Part shown: in pieces, positions 25,212 to 38,360 of the stretch
How the letters are laid out: every line of letters begins with the position of its first letter
Numbering within the stretch: position 1 is the first letter of the stretch
Origin: Octopus sinensis
Lineage: Eukaryota
Direction: 5' to 3'
Assembly: GCF_006345805.1 (NCBI RefSeq)
Contig: NC_043007.1
Location: 31,310,001 to 31,374,000, forward strand
Length of the DNA: 64,000 nucleotides
Translations under genes and position numbers: made by a program
The notes under the pieces: generated by a model
Seen by the model: the letters and a program-made list of their open reading frames with translations, nothing else
What the model was told of the DNA's origin: nothing
Database searches by the model: none

Positions 25212-26635
25212 TTAAAATGTCCATAATATATTTACCCGGGTATCAAACTTTACCAGGGTTTTTGTTCCGCCTTTGTTCTTTTTTATTTTCTCTTCTGGGA
25301 CAGTGGAGCGGGACCTTTTTTTCTCTGTGGTGTGCTGTTTTTCTTCTTTTTTCTTTGTGGGGGATATGGATGGGGAAGGTGCAAGCGTTCTCTTTTCTCT
25401 GGGTGTCTTGAACTCCCCCTCAGTCACCTCCATGGTGTCTTCCAGAGGAGTTGTTACTTCAGAGGGGGTGGGTGCATTTGTTTCTGTCGGGGCCGGTGTG
25501 TGCATGGCCTGGGGTTTTTGGGTGTTTTGTTTGGGAGCGGGTTCCACTGATGGTGGGGTGGGAGTATTTGTTTCTGTGGGGGCTAATTTGTGTGCAGGTT
25601 TGGGGTCTTTTTCTGCAGTTGAAGGGTCCTGATGTCTGCGCACTTATTTTTGTCTTCCATTTTTCACATTCTACACGAATGTGGCCTTTTTTGCCACATT
25701 CGAAACACGTGGGCTTTTTGCCCTCTACTTGAATCTTGAGGGCAATATCTTCCCCCAAGAGCACTCTTTCTGGCAGCATTTCGATGTCTTGTTGCGTACC
25801 TTGAATAATCGCAGAGATGCTCTGCCCTTGCCAATTTTGTGAGGCAGTGCATGTAATTTGGAGGAAGGTGATTTTGTCCGTCCTGTTATACAACAGGGCA
25901 GCCTATTTCTTTACTACCCACAAGGGGCTAAACACAGAGAGGACAAACAAGGACAGACAAACGGATTAAGTCGATTATATCGACCCCAGTGCGTAACTGG
26001 TACTTATTTAATCGACCCCGAAAGGATGAAAGGCAAAGTCGACCTCGGCGGAATTTGAACTCAGAACCTAACGGCAGACGAAATACCACTAAGCATTTTG
26101 CCCGACGTGCTAACGATTCTGCCAGCTCACCTTACCTCAATTTCTTGTGGTACCTCGTTTATTCGGACATGTGCTGTTCTCCTTCCCATGTATGTTGTGG
26201 GAGCAGCACCACCTCCTTCGTTTTCAGAGGACTCATTGAGTGCTCTTGGGCTTTTTCGGCCATCTCAAATCTGGCCTCTATTGTTCCATATGCCCGGCCC
26301 CTCGCTATGCATTTTATATCTTTCCATATAGGGGCCAGGCATTTTTCTATTTCGCACTTTTCGAAGTGCTTGAATTTCTTTGATGAAGGACAGTACGTTT
26401 TGTAAACGGCTGTCCTTCTCTTCAGATTTTCAACACTAGGGTGGGAGGGTGAGATCTTTATATCCCCACCCTCCTCTTTCATTCTCTCAAAAAGCTCGGA
26501 GAGCTTCTCCATTTCTATCACAATATCTTTAGAAGATACAGTGGCTACTGCCGCGAACTTTTTTGCTGGCTCATGCAACTGGTTCGTTTCTTGGATTATT
26601 TCGACTGACATATTCGTTCGAAATAAATGATACAC
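25212..26635 (-). pseudogene. Tx1/L1-clade LINE ORF1 (gag-like, CCHC knuckle), frameshifted and SINE-interrupted
   Basis: ORF pieces at 26159-26635, 25459-25893 (CFECGKKGHIRVEC = CX2CX4HX4C) and 25212-25643 (Pro/Thr-rich, basic end), directly upstream of the APE ORF2. Confidence 0.8.
25905..26122 (-). mobile_element. SINE-2 inserted in Tx1 ORF1
   Basis: High-identity family copy splitting ORF1. Confidence 0.85.
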
Positions 26636-27299
26636 AATTCAATCCCAGAAAAAGGGAAACATAAAATTTTTTACTTTTTTTTTCTCTTAACGAGGAAGAC
26701 AGTTCAAATCCCACCCCCTGCTGGGGGGGGGGGGGCGAGACGTAGCAACAAAGCCTACAACGTTCGAAATTTTTTTTTCCACACAATAATAAAATATAGA
26801 ATCCCCCAAAACGGGAAACCTATATTTTTTCCTCTTAATGAGGATAACAGTTCAAATGCCACCCCCGCGGGTGGTGGTGGTGGGGGGGGGGGGGCACGAC
26901 AATAAAGCCTACAACGGCTTTAATAATTTCATTAATTACTTTCTCCCGGCAACGGGAAAAAGCACAAAAACTTTCAAAGTTCAACAATGTTCAACATTTC
27001 GAAAATATTCAACAATTCCAATAGAAAAAATTATCAACGTGCAACAAAACGTTTGACTCCTATGCCTATAGCTACTTATCACACAGCCACTCCTACACCT
27101 ATATGTGTGTGTGTGTGTGTGTGTGTTGAAGCATCATCCGAAGCGAAAATTACTATTGCTGGACAACATCAATCAGAAAATGATTCAGAAGAAATTTGAG
27201 AAATTCGAAGCCTACCGTTTAATTTCTTCATTTCCCCCAAAAAATCTCAGTATTATCGCAAAGTGCTTGACCCCTATACGATACCGTTTTGCGGGGAAA

Positions 27300-27810
27300 T
27301 AGCACAGAAACACAATATTATGTTGGGAGCGGAACTCAGAAATTTCGAGAGCTGCAGTTTTGTCCATCGTTGATCTCGAGGTCTTCGTCGTAGGTTCGTC
27401 AGAAGGCAAGAAGAACGTGTATATATAAAGCAATGCTTTTACGAAAATGAAAAACGAATGAAAACCTCCTTTGACATTTAAATGTTATTTTGAAAACACT
27501 TCATCTTACAACAGCGGAAGACGTATTACGTTTTCAAACGATGCAATTAAGCGACTGTTTATGATAAATACCAGAGTCTCTCGGTGGTTTGAGATTCGGT
27601 TATGTTGACAAGATGGAAGCAATCAAAAGCAGCAGCAGCAGTAGTAGTAGCAACAGTAGTAGTAGTGGTGGTGGTAGTTACTATTGTTGTTAAACTATTC
27701 AGTCGATGTCATGTTTACTGCAAACGAGGTGACGACATCCGAGAGCAAACAGAACCGGAATTTTTCATTCCTCTAATTACGCCATGATGATTTAAAATGG
27801 CGGTTGATGT
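27300..27810. promoter_or_regulatory. Promoter-like CpG-enriched island, possibly bidirectional
   Basis: TE-free and CpG-rich. ETS-like cggaag (~27515) and ccggaa (~27755), YY1-like aaaatggcgg (27794-27803) and caagatgg. Confidence 0.4.
27602..27728 (+). CDS. Candidate first coding exon (signal peptide/anchor) of an unidentified gene
   Basis: MLTRWKQSKAAAAVVVATVVVVVVVVTIVVKLFSRCHVYCKR, then G|gtgacg donor (phase 1), which joins 29670 in frame. The hydrophobic run is triplet-repeat derived, so it may be spurious. Confidence 0.25.
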
Positions 27811-28764
27811 CACTGAAACTTGTTTTTCATTGAGTAGACCTTATAATCAAAGGCGTTTAAAGCGGGACCATCATGTATATCAGGGATAGGAATTATATTG
27901 TCCGATGGGTCTTTTCCTATTTTTTTTTTAGGATAGAGATTTCAAAATATTGTGTCGCAATAGTCTGTAAGGGGTTTCGTGATATTAAGTAAAATTGAAC
28001 AAACTTTTACGAATATTTGGCGATGAGGTACATTTGAGATCTGACGAAGCGTTGCATAATTAGACATGTGACAGCCTAATTATAGATGACATGTTAATTA
28101 ACCGCTAACAAAAATTAACCCTTTGCCTGTCCTATCTATCAAAGGATATGCATTATATAAATATATATATAGAGAGAGAGAATATGAAGGGGTTTAGTTC
28201 ACTAGTGATCTAGACGAATCGGTACGCTAAGTAAGTGCTATAATTGGTCATCCGTTAGGTTCCACGTTCACAACTGAGACTGGACCAAGGGATCCGTATT
28301 AGGCTTCCGTGTTTGCAGGTATGTATTAGAGGAAAAGGAGAAGAAAGACCAAAGCAGGACGAGTATCTCAAGTCATTTATAATAATTTAATTAGACGCCG
28401 GATTACTCGTTGTTACCAGCTGAATGAACTGGAGTAACGGGAAATGAAGTGTCTTGCTCAAGAACACAACGGATCACCCGGTTTAGGAATCGAAACCACA
28501 ATCTTACAACCACGAATCCAGTATCCCTAGCCACGAAACCACGCCACTCTACCTGCAATTATTACACATGTGTGTTGATTAATCGCTGACAAAATTTCAG
28601 TAACCAAGACAGGAAAATTGTTTTTAAAATGTTTTATGTACGAAAAACAACTGGAAAGCTGTGTGGTCAGGGTGCGACCGAAGGAATATTGGCGGCTTTG
28701 CCTTAGCAATTGAAACGATTCTGTAGAGACTCAGTCGTTGGCTTGTGGCGGCGGCTGATGTACG

Positions 28765-29400
28765 TAATGTATGTATGTATGTATGTATGTATGTATGTAT
28801 GTATGTATGTATGTATGTATGTATGTGTGTATGTATATGTGTATGTATGTATGCATGTATGTATGTATGTATGTATGTATGTATGTGTGTATGTATGTAT
28901 GTATGTATGTATGTATGTATGTGTGTATGTATATGTGTATGTATGTATGTATGTATGTGTGTATGTATGTGTGTATGTATGTATGTATGTATGTATGTAT
29001 GTGTGTATGTATGTATGTATGTATGTGTGTATGTATGTATGTGTGTATGTGTGTATGTATGTATGTATGTATGTATGTGTGTATGTGTGTATGTATGTAT
29101 GTATGTATGTATGTATGTGTGTATGTATGTATGTGTGTATGTGTGTATGTATGTATGTATGTATGGATGTATGTATGTGTGTATGTATGTATGTATGTAT
29201 GTATGTATGCGTGTGTGTGTGTATGTATGTATGTATGTACGTATGTCTTTGTGTGATTATTTATGTGTGTGTATGTGTGTATGTATGTATGTGTGTGTGT
29301 GTGTATGTATGCGTGCGTAGGTATGTATGCATGTATGCATGCATGCATGTATGTATGTATGCATGTGTATGTCTGTCTGCCCATCCATCCATCCATTCGT
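28765..29400. repeat. (TATG)n/(TGTA)n microsatellite
   Basis: Direct reading; source of the 278/221/191 aa pseudo-ORFs. Confidence 0.95.
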
Positions 29401-29407
29401 CCATCCG

Positions 29408-29497
<90 letters not shown>

Positions 29498-29669
29498 CAC
29501 ATATCATTGTTCGTATATGTTCCTCTCTCCGTATCTCTATGCTTAAAAATGCGAGTGACCTCATTTCTGCTTTTCTTTTCTTTTGTATTTTTGTAATGGT
29601 TATCATAATTATTTGTTTTTATTTATGGAATAATCTACTATCTCTGCTATATTAATGGCTTTATTCCAG

Positions 29670-29759
29670 CTTTCGCTAAACTACTTATCAACATTCCCTT
29701 AAATGTCGCTCTGAAGTACACGCCTCAACTCTACCTGACCTCGGTCGCGAACATCACAG
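29670..29759 (+). CDS. Candidate internal coding exon, unidentified gene
   Basis: ggctttattccag acceptor, CAG|gtgagg donor, 90 nt. Only the phase 1-1 frame is open: (A)FAKLLINIPLNVALKYTPQLYLTSVANIT(G). Confidence 0.45.
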
Positions 29760-29935
29760 GTGAGGCAGGTGTGTGTCGTCGTTGTTGTTGTTGTTGTTGT
29801 TGTTGTTGTTAGATTTGTCCCCGATGTTATCGCTGTTCTGCTGATATAATGTTACACGATAACACTGGAGCTTATTGTTTGTGAAGAGTTTGTCTTCTTC
29901 AGTTATTTCCTAGCCTATTCTATCGCTTGTAATGT

Positions 29936-29999
<64 letters not shown>

Positions 30000-30011
30000 T
30001 ATATACACACA

Positions 30012-30080
<69 letters not shown>

Positions 30081-30341
30081 TTGTTTATGCCTCTTTATCG
30101 CTCTGGAACTTTGTCGGCCATGTTTCACGCTAAACTTTAATACTGTTTCGTAGGGATTAGTATTAACAATATTAATAGAATACATGTGTGTGTGTGTTTG
30201 TCTATCTGTCTGTCTGTCTGTCAGTCTGTCTATCTATCTGTCTGTCTGTCTATCTAACTAACTATGTATGCATGTACGTACGTACGTATGTATGTATGTA
30301 TGTATGCATGTATGTATGTATGTATGATGTATGTATGTATG

Positions 30342-30382
<41 letters not shown>

Positions 30383-30791
30383 CTATCTATCTATCTATCT
30401 ATCTATCTGTCTGTCTGTCTGTCTGCCTCTCTGTCTATCTATCTATCTATTTGTGTCAATGTGTACACATGTGTGTGTACATATGTGCGTGTGTGTGAGT
30501 ATGTATGGATGTATGTATAAATATTTTGTAGAAAACAAAATAAAGCTATGAATAAAAGGTGCGTAGATCATGAATTTCGATTGAAGGGATGGGGCCTCGA
30601 AACAACAGAGTGAAAGGTAAAGGCGACCTCGACGGGATTTGATCCTAGAAAGCAGAGCGTTGGAGTAAACGCTGTTTAGCATTTTGCTGAACCCTTTAAC
30701 TATTTTGCCTGCTCATCGTCTCACATTGGCATGAATATGTCGAGACAAGTTATACAGTTTTCGATTGGCCGCCAAATCCACAAGTTTTTAA

Positions 30792-30955
30792 AAGATTATT
30801 CTCTCTCTGTTTATTTTCTCGTCGTCCTTTCTGTTGAAGAGCGTAGGCTCGAAACGTAAAGGACTTCCTCACCTTCCCGAGCGTTAAACTAATACACCTG
30901 TTTGTTGTTTATGCACCTGTCTTCATCTTTTGTTTTTCTGTAAATTTCAACTATA
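30792..30955 (+). mobile_element. Short Penelope-like element remnant with hammerhead-like motif
   Basis: GTCCTTT-CTGTTGA-A-GAGC-GTAG-GCTC-GAAACGTA-AAGGAC at 30824-30864, followed by (TATG)n. Confidence 0.6.
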
Positions 30956-31030
30956 TGTAATGTATGTATGCATGTATGTATGTGTGTATGTATGTATGTA
31001 TGTATGTATGTATGTATGTATGTATGTATG

Positions 31031-31061
<31 letters not shown>

Positions 31062-31170
31062 TGTGATAGAGAGTAATTGGGTCTCACCTCTTATCGTACG
31101 AAAATCTTATTCATCGACTTTAAAGCTTTATACACATAAGATATGGTCTGCAAGATATATCACCACACCT

Positions 31171-31214
<44 letters not shown>

Positions 31215-31901
31215 GCATGTATGTTTGTATGTATTGAAGCTTCCTGTTGCCATCTATTCTCAGACATAATTCATTAATTCCCACCGCTAAAATAAACGGA
31301 GTGGCTTGACTCTTTTTTGTTATTGAGAAAACTTTTTTTTTAATATTTCCTACATGTTTTAGTCACTGGAGTACGGCCAAGCTGGGACCACGACTTCAAA
31401 GGTTTTAGTCGAACAAATCGATCACAACACTTATGTTTTATACTTTTTCAATGTCTGGTACTTATTCTATCGACCGGTTGCGTAAAGCATTCACGAGGCT
31501 TTGGTCGGCTCAGTGCTATATTAGAAAGCATTTGCCGAAGGTGCCGCGCAGTGGGGTTGAACCCCAAATCAGTTGGATGCAAAGGAAGCTTCATAACCAT
31601 ACAGCCATGCCTGCGCCTACAGAAAAAGCACAAACAAAACTAAACGAAAATAAAGTAAAAAAACAAAAACAAACTCCAATCATTTATGTAAACAAAACAG
31701 AAGTTAGGCTTAAAATGAAGAGAATAGGCGCAGGAGTGGCTGCGTGGTAAGAAGCTTGCTTCCCAATTACAGGGTTCCGGGTTCAGTCCCTCTGCGTGGC
31801 ACCATGGGCAAGTGTCTTCTGCTGTAGCCTCGGGCCGACCAAAGCCTTGTGACAGAAGCCTTGTGGTAGACAGAAGATGAAAGAAGCCTGTCATATATGA
31901 A

Positions 31902-31935
<34 letters not shown>

Positions 31936-32655
31936 GGGGGAAGGGATGGAGAGAGGGGGAGAAAGAGAGAGGGGGAAGGGATTGAGAGGAAGAGAGGGGG
32001 AAAGAAAGAAAGAAGAGGAAGGGGAGAGAGAGAGAGAGAAGGATAAGGAAGGAGGGAAACGGAGAGAGAGAAAGAGAATAAGATAGATAGAAAGACAAGT
32101 GAGAAAAAAGGGGGAGTGAAAAGTGTGGGGAGCAAGGTAGAGAAAAGGAGGGCGAGAGGGGGAGAGGAAGAGAGAGAGGAAAGGCAACCGTCGTATGCCA
32201 CAGACAGATTGTACCACCAATGTCATCGATATCTTTTTTAATATATTTATTATCAGAGAAGATATTGACTTCTCCCTCATATTTACACTTAATGACCAAG
32301 AAATCGTTTAAGTAATCCATAATCAATAATTATGACCTAAAAGAAGGCGGCGGCGTGGCACAGTCGGTGGCACGCCGGACAAAATGCTTAACGGTGAGTT
32401 CTAATTCCGCCGAGGTCGACTTTGCCTTTCGGGGTCAATAAAATAAGTACCAGTGGAGCACTGGGGTCGATGTAATCGACTTACTCGCCCCCCACCCCCG
32501 CACGAACTTGCTGGCCTTGTGCTAAAATTTGAAACCAATAATGACCTGAAAGGAGGCGGCGGCGTGGCACAGTCGTTGGCACGCCGGACGAAACGCTTAA
32601 CGATATTTTCGTCCGTGTAAGGCGGCGAGCTGGCAGAAACGTTAGCATGGAGGCG

Positions 32656-33040
32656 CATGAGTGGCTGTGTGGTAAGTAGCTTGCTAACCAACCACATGGT
32701 TCCGGGTTCAGTCCCACTATGTAGCACCTTGGGCAAGTGTCTTCTGCTATAGCCCCGGGCCAACCAATGCCTTGTGAGTGGATTTGGTAGACGGAAACTG
32801 AAAGAAGCCTGTTGTATATATGTATAAGTGTGTGTGTTTGTGTGTCTGTGTTTGTCCCCCTAGCATTGCTTGACAACCGATGCTGGTGTGTTTACGTCCC
32901 CGTAACTTAGCGGTTCGGCAAAAGAGACCGATAGAATAAGTACTGGGCTTACAAAGAATAAGTCCCGGGGTCGATTTGCTCGACTAAAGGCGGTGCTCCA
33001 GCATGGCCGCAGTCAAATGACTGAAACAAGTAAAAGAGAG
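32656..33040 (+). mobile_element. SINE-1 full copy amid SINE-2 copies (32343-32640, 33055-33245)
   Basis: Family matches. Confidence 0.85.
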
Positions 33041-33436
33041 TAAAAAGAGAGTATGCCGGGCGAAATGCTTAGAGGAATTTCGTCTGCCGTTACGTTCCGA
33101 GTTCAAATTCCACTGAGGTCGACTTTGCCTTTCATCCTTTCGGGGTCGATAAATTAAGTACCAGTTACGCACTGGGGTGGATCTAATCGACTGGCCCTCT
33201 CCCTTCCCCCGCAAAATTTCGGGCCTTGTGCCTAGAGTAGAAAAGATTATTCAGAGAAACATATTTTATTATTGAATTCATCCGTTTCAGTACGGTTTAT
33301 TGCAAGTAAATTAACTAAGAGACTTAATAATTCGTGTCGTTTGGATTTTCCACGTGTAGCAAGTGGTTCCTCTTTCCCCACATTTCTCTCCCCAAATACG
33401 TGTGTGTAAATGTGTGTGTGTGTGTGTGTGTGTATT

Positions 33437-33699
33437 CTTTTACTTGTGTCAGTAATTTGACTGCGGCCATGCTGGAGCAGTGCCTTTTGTCGAACAAATC
33501 AACCCCAGGACTTATTTTGTGTAAGCTTACTACTAATTCTATCGGTGTCTTTTGCCGAACCGCTACGTGACGGGGACGCAAATAGACCAACACTGGTTAT
33601 CCAGCTGTGCTGGTGGAGACAAACATAGATACAAAGACATGCATACACACACGCACCACACACAAATATATATATATATATATATATTATATTATATAT

Positions 33700-33741
<42 letters not shown>

Positions 33742-33905
33742 ATATACATACACATACATACGATGTGCTTCTTTCATTTTCTTTCAACCAATTCCACTCA
33801 AAAGGCTTTTGACGGCCCGAGGCTATGGTAGAAGACACTTGCCCAAGGTGCTACACAGTGGGAGTGAAACCGGAATCATTTGGTTGGGAAGCAAGCTTCT
33901 TACTA
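33437..33905 (-). mobile_element. SINE-1 copy
   Basis: Family match; inverted relative to 32656-33040. Confidence 0.8.
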
Positions 33906-33970
33906 AACACACACATGCATTTCTGTATTATACATGCACCTCTCTCTCTCTCTCTCTCTCTCTCTCTACA

Positions 33971-34001
<31 letters not shown>

Positions 34002-34102
34002 TATGTATATACATGCATACATACATACATACATACATACATACATACATACACACATATACATACATATACACATATTTACATATACATACATATATAC
34101 AT

Positions 34103-34136
<34 letters not shown>

Positions 34137-34214
34137 GGATCAAAACAGTTTGATTCAAATTCTTTGGTACTTTAAGTTTGAAAGCGTGCATCACACTTTG
34201 AAACTTAAAGTATG

Positions 34215-34258
<44 letters not shown>

Positions 34259-34262
<4 letters not shown>

Positions 34263-34590
34263 GAAAGAATGAGTAGAGATGGCTTTTTTGGGGGAATGTT
34301 TTTTTATTTTAATCTTACTAATAATGTCTACAGTGAGTTACTTTGATATGAGTTTCAAGCTCCAAGTAGCCGTTTCCAAACTGAAAAATGTATGTTTTAC
34401 TGGTTGCTAAATAGCAAACAGTAAAACCTTTTGCTATTTAAGCAACCAGTAAAACATACATTTTTCAGTTTGGAAACGGCTACTTGGAGCTTGAAACTCA
34501 TATCAAAGTAACTCACTGTAGACATTATTAGTAAGATTAAAATAAAAAAACATTCCCCCAAAAAAGCCATCTCTACTCATTCTTTCATAA
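34259..34590. repeat. Near-perfect ~330 bp palindrome between (TA)n tracts
   Basis: ~160 bp arms identical apart from single-base indels; ~11 nt loop cagtaaaacct. Confidence 0.92.
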
Positions 34591-35220
34591 TATATATATA
34601 TATATATATTAATGAGTATACTTTTGCACCAGAGCCAACTATCCGAATGCTCTCACTCGGCCATGCTTTCTATTTGACATCCACAAACAACTATTTTGAC
34701 ACTGTTTTTGCACTTTAAAAAATTCTGTTATTTTGGTAAATTGTTTGTCTTTTGTTTTGGAGTAAACAATCACATTTCTAACTCGCTTCAGTCAATATTT
34801 ACCGATCTACGAACATACGCGCGCGTACGCCCGCTCACGCGCAGACACCCACACAAACACGTATAAACACATGTGCACATGCACAAATACACACACACCA
34901 CACACACATATGCCTATACACACATCCACAACACACGAACGGATGGATGGATACAAATAAAACGAAATTCCAGTGCATAGATCTACAGATGCACGTACGG
35001 ACACAAGATGCTAACAACATACCACAGCTACACAAACACACACACACACATACACACGTGTACACGAGCATACACACACATCCTGGATACACACACACAC
35101 ACACAATTACAGACGTCCTCAGATATGCACGCCTCTGCACGCACATGCTGCTGCTGCGAACGAGTGAATCTACAAAGAAGCCTGGTGACAAAGCACACAA
35201 CCGTTTTCGTGGCAGCGAAT

Positions 35221-35253
<33 letters not shown>

Positions 35254-35479
35254 CTGCAGATTCCTGCCGCCGCCCCCGTCGCCCACCCCCAGCCCCCCTT
35301 CAGACACGCACGCAGCATCGGAATGTTAACAATGTGGATCGATGAACTCTTCCCACCAGATGAAACGGCCTAATTTCTTGTACACAACGATTCCAAGCAG
35401 ACGTTCCAAGCAACAGACTCTCCTCCATGCAAGCGACTGCAAATTAAGGGGTTTACTCAGTACTGTTGCTGCCGCTGCT

Positions 35480-35529
<50 letters not shown>

Positions 35530-36172
35530 CTCACCTCATCCCATAAATTGTAGAGCCAGCTCTTGCACAAGATTGCATGATTTGTATGTCATTTTCGGTT
35601 GTGTGTGTGTGTGTATGTGTGTTCGCGTCAGTGTTGTGTCTGTGTACGTGTGTGTGTTTGCTTGTGTATAATTGCATGTCTATGCATTCATTCGCATATG
35701 TTTATGTATGTGTGTGTGTGTATGAGTGCGCGCGCGCATGTGTGTACGCAAGCGTGTGTGTGTGTGTGTGTGTGATAAGGTTGTGAGTTGTCGAAAATAA
35801 TTGATAAAAAGATATTTTTTGAAAATATTTACTTTTCTGTCAGTTTGCAAACAAAACCTTCAAATCACACACACGCACGCACACGCACACACACGCACAC
35901 GCGCTCACACGACAGTCACAAACGACGAAGGCCATATTGAATAACGTACTCCTAGATACATTATGACAGAAAAATCTGACAACTTCGTCATCGGTGAAAC
36001 GCCGTTGGTCAACACGCTGCTCGATCAGGATTGACCTGAAGAGGAGAACATTTCAATGTTTAAAGAACTTGGCTGGTGGTTCCAAAGAGTAAATGGACGA
36101 AGTCTAGTTTATTTTCCAGAGTGTAAATATTTCTTTAAATCCTACTTTCCAGGGACATACGCGTGCGCGCGT

Positions 36173-36228
<56 letters not shown>

Positions 36229-37924
36229 GAAGGATCCCGTTCTGTCACGATTCATAAGATTCGAGTCGGCCCGTTCCCAGCATTTGCAGCCAATGTGTAC
36301 AGTTCGAATATTAGCTACTACTACCGAGATCTTCCACCACGGGCCGAACACACACAATTACCTATAGATGCACACACACACACACACTTGGAAAATCCGG
36401 GCGCGTAAAGATTCGCAAGTTCCCAAGTCGGTTCATAGTCACCATCCGCAGTTTGTCTTCGTACAAGACGTACACAATTCAAGTATTTTCTACTATTTTC
36501 ACTCGCGCTTGCACACACATACGGAAACCCTCGGAGTCTAAAAGTTGTGATTAAACGGTGATCGAATATAACGGTAATCGAATATAACACGTTGCGTGAA
36601 AACCAGGAATCTGAATCTCCAAACTCTTTACTCTTCTTGCTTGTTTCAGTCATTTGACTGCCGCCATGCTGGAGCACCGCCTTTAGTCGAGAAAATCGAT
36701 CCAGGATTTATTGTTTGTAAGCCTAGTACTTATTCTATTGGGCTCTTTTGCCAAACCGCTAAGTTACAGGGACGTAAACACACCAGCACCAGATGTTGGA
36801 GGAGAGGGGTTCAAACACAGGTTTTTTAAACTTGCAAACCACCATAACCATAATTGTAATTTTGCAACGAGGTCAAATGCTGGCTTAATTGGCCACATTC
36901 ATGTCCACACCGCTCAAAAGAATATAAATTTGACATAATGCTATCGGGAATAGTTTCTGTAAACACTCACTAGTCTGAAGATACACAAGTGTAGTGATCA
37001 AATAGAAGAAATGGTGTGTGTGTGTGTGTAAAAGCAAATTAATAACGGTCGTCTGTTATTATTCATCTGCTTAAAAGGCGGTGAGCTGGCAGAAACGTTG
37101 GCACGTATAGTTATATATATGTGTGTACATGCGCAGAGTAAAGTGAACACTAGCTTTTTTGATGTTCCAAACCAAAATATTTTTTTACTAATTAAAATGA
37201 TAACCTTACTGATGAGAACCGATCATTATCAAAATGACTAATTTTGATCTAGAAATGGGCAGGGAAGGCAACTAAACAACCCTGAAATTTTAATTAATGA
37301 AAAAATAAAAAGTAATTATAAATAAGTAAAATAAAATAAATGAAGTGCAACAGAAAGTGAGTTTGATCTTCGTCAGCGAAGCGTGGTTTATCCTTAACTG
37401 CAAGATCTTAGAATTACTCCAGGGGTATAAATTAAAATATTTTTTTCTGCTACAGATAGGGCCTAAAATAACAGGGGAGAGGGGCTAGTGGATTACATCG
37501 ATCCTTGTGCTTAACTTATTTTATGGACCCAATCAAAAAATGGAGAAAGTTAAAGGAGATGTCGGCAGATTTTGAACTCAGATTGCTTATGAGTCAGAAG
37601 AGATACCACTAAGCATTTTGTCCGGCATACCACTTGAAAATAATGCAAAAGAACGCTTAGTTGCAGAAAAAAATAAGAAGAAAGAAACTAAAGTAGAGAA
37701 AAATGTTGTTGTTTGTGGTGTTATTCAACTCCAGTTGAGCATTGTTCGAGCGAACGTGTGATGGAAGTCGTTTAAAATTTGACCAAACTGTCTTTTGTTT
37801 TGTATGCTTATGAATATACCATCAAACGTGACCTTTTGTTTCTCAAGCGATAGGGTGTAATTTCATGTACAGCGGTCGTCTGTCCGGCTGTCATATTGGC
37901 TCGTTTAAGATGAAAATTTTATGC

Positions 37925-38260
37925 ATCCGTACATAAATACTGCTGTAACATTCCCATCAAAACATCTGGCAATTGTAAACATAACAGGCTCGATATTGTT
38001 ATTTGGGACAACAAGAAAAAGCATGTACCGTCATACCAGTTAGTTGTCCCTCTGATGTGAATATCTCTTTGAAAATCAAAGAAAAATATAATAACGGACA
38101 ACTGATTCGAAACCTCCAGCTTCTATATCCGGATTACAAATTTGCATTTATATCAATAATAATTGGAGTACTTGGTTTTGTGAACACCATCTGTGAGTGG
38201 AACAATAAGACTATCCAAGACTTTTCTCGGGTTTAAAACGTGACACTGTTTGCGTTATCT
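37925..38260 (+). pseudogene. R4/NeSL-type non-LTR retrotransposon restriction-like endonuclease fragment
   Basis: NIPIKTSGNCKHNRLDIVIWDNK..CTVIPVSCPSDVNISLKIKEKY..QLIRNLQLLYPDYKFAFISIIIGVLG: decayed PD..(E)xxxxxD...K..KY RLE motif. Confidence 0.75.
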
Positions 38261-38360
38261 ACATTCCAAAAAGCTTTGTATCTTTGTTAGAAACCAGCTC
38301 CTTCTTCAGAAGATTTTAAATACTACATACATACATACATACATACATACATACATACAT

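Noticed and set aside
28259-28318. 60 nt plus-strand exon-like segment with CAG|gtatgt donor
   Set aside because: Open only in phase 0, incompatible with neighbouring phase-1 candidates; could be UTR but unsupported.
28710-29546. Long ORFs (278, 221, 191 aa) and the many similar YI/HT/CV-rich ORFs across the track
   Set aside because: Translations of (TATG)n, (TA)n and (CA)n microsatellites, which lack stop codons; not genes.
31087-31170. Minus-strand AG...GAG|gtgaga exon-like segment
   Set aside because: All three frames contain stops; unsupported as coding.
31640-32326. 228 aa minus ORF
   Set aside because: Mostly (CT)n and a SINE head; the unique N-terminal 45 aa has no supported splice context or homology.
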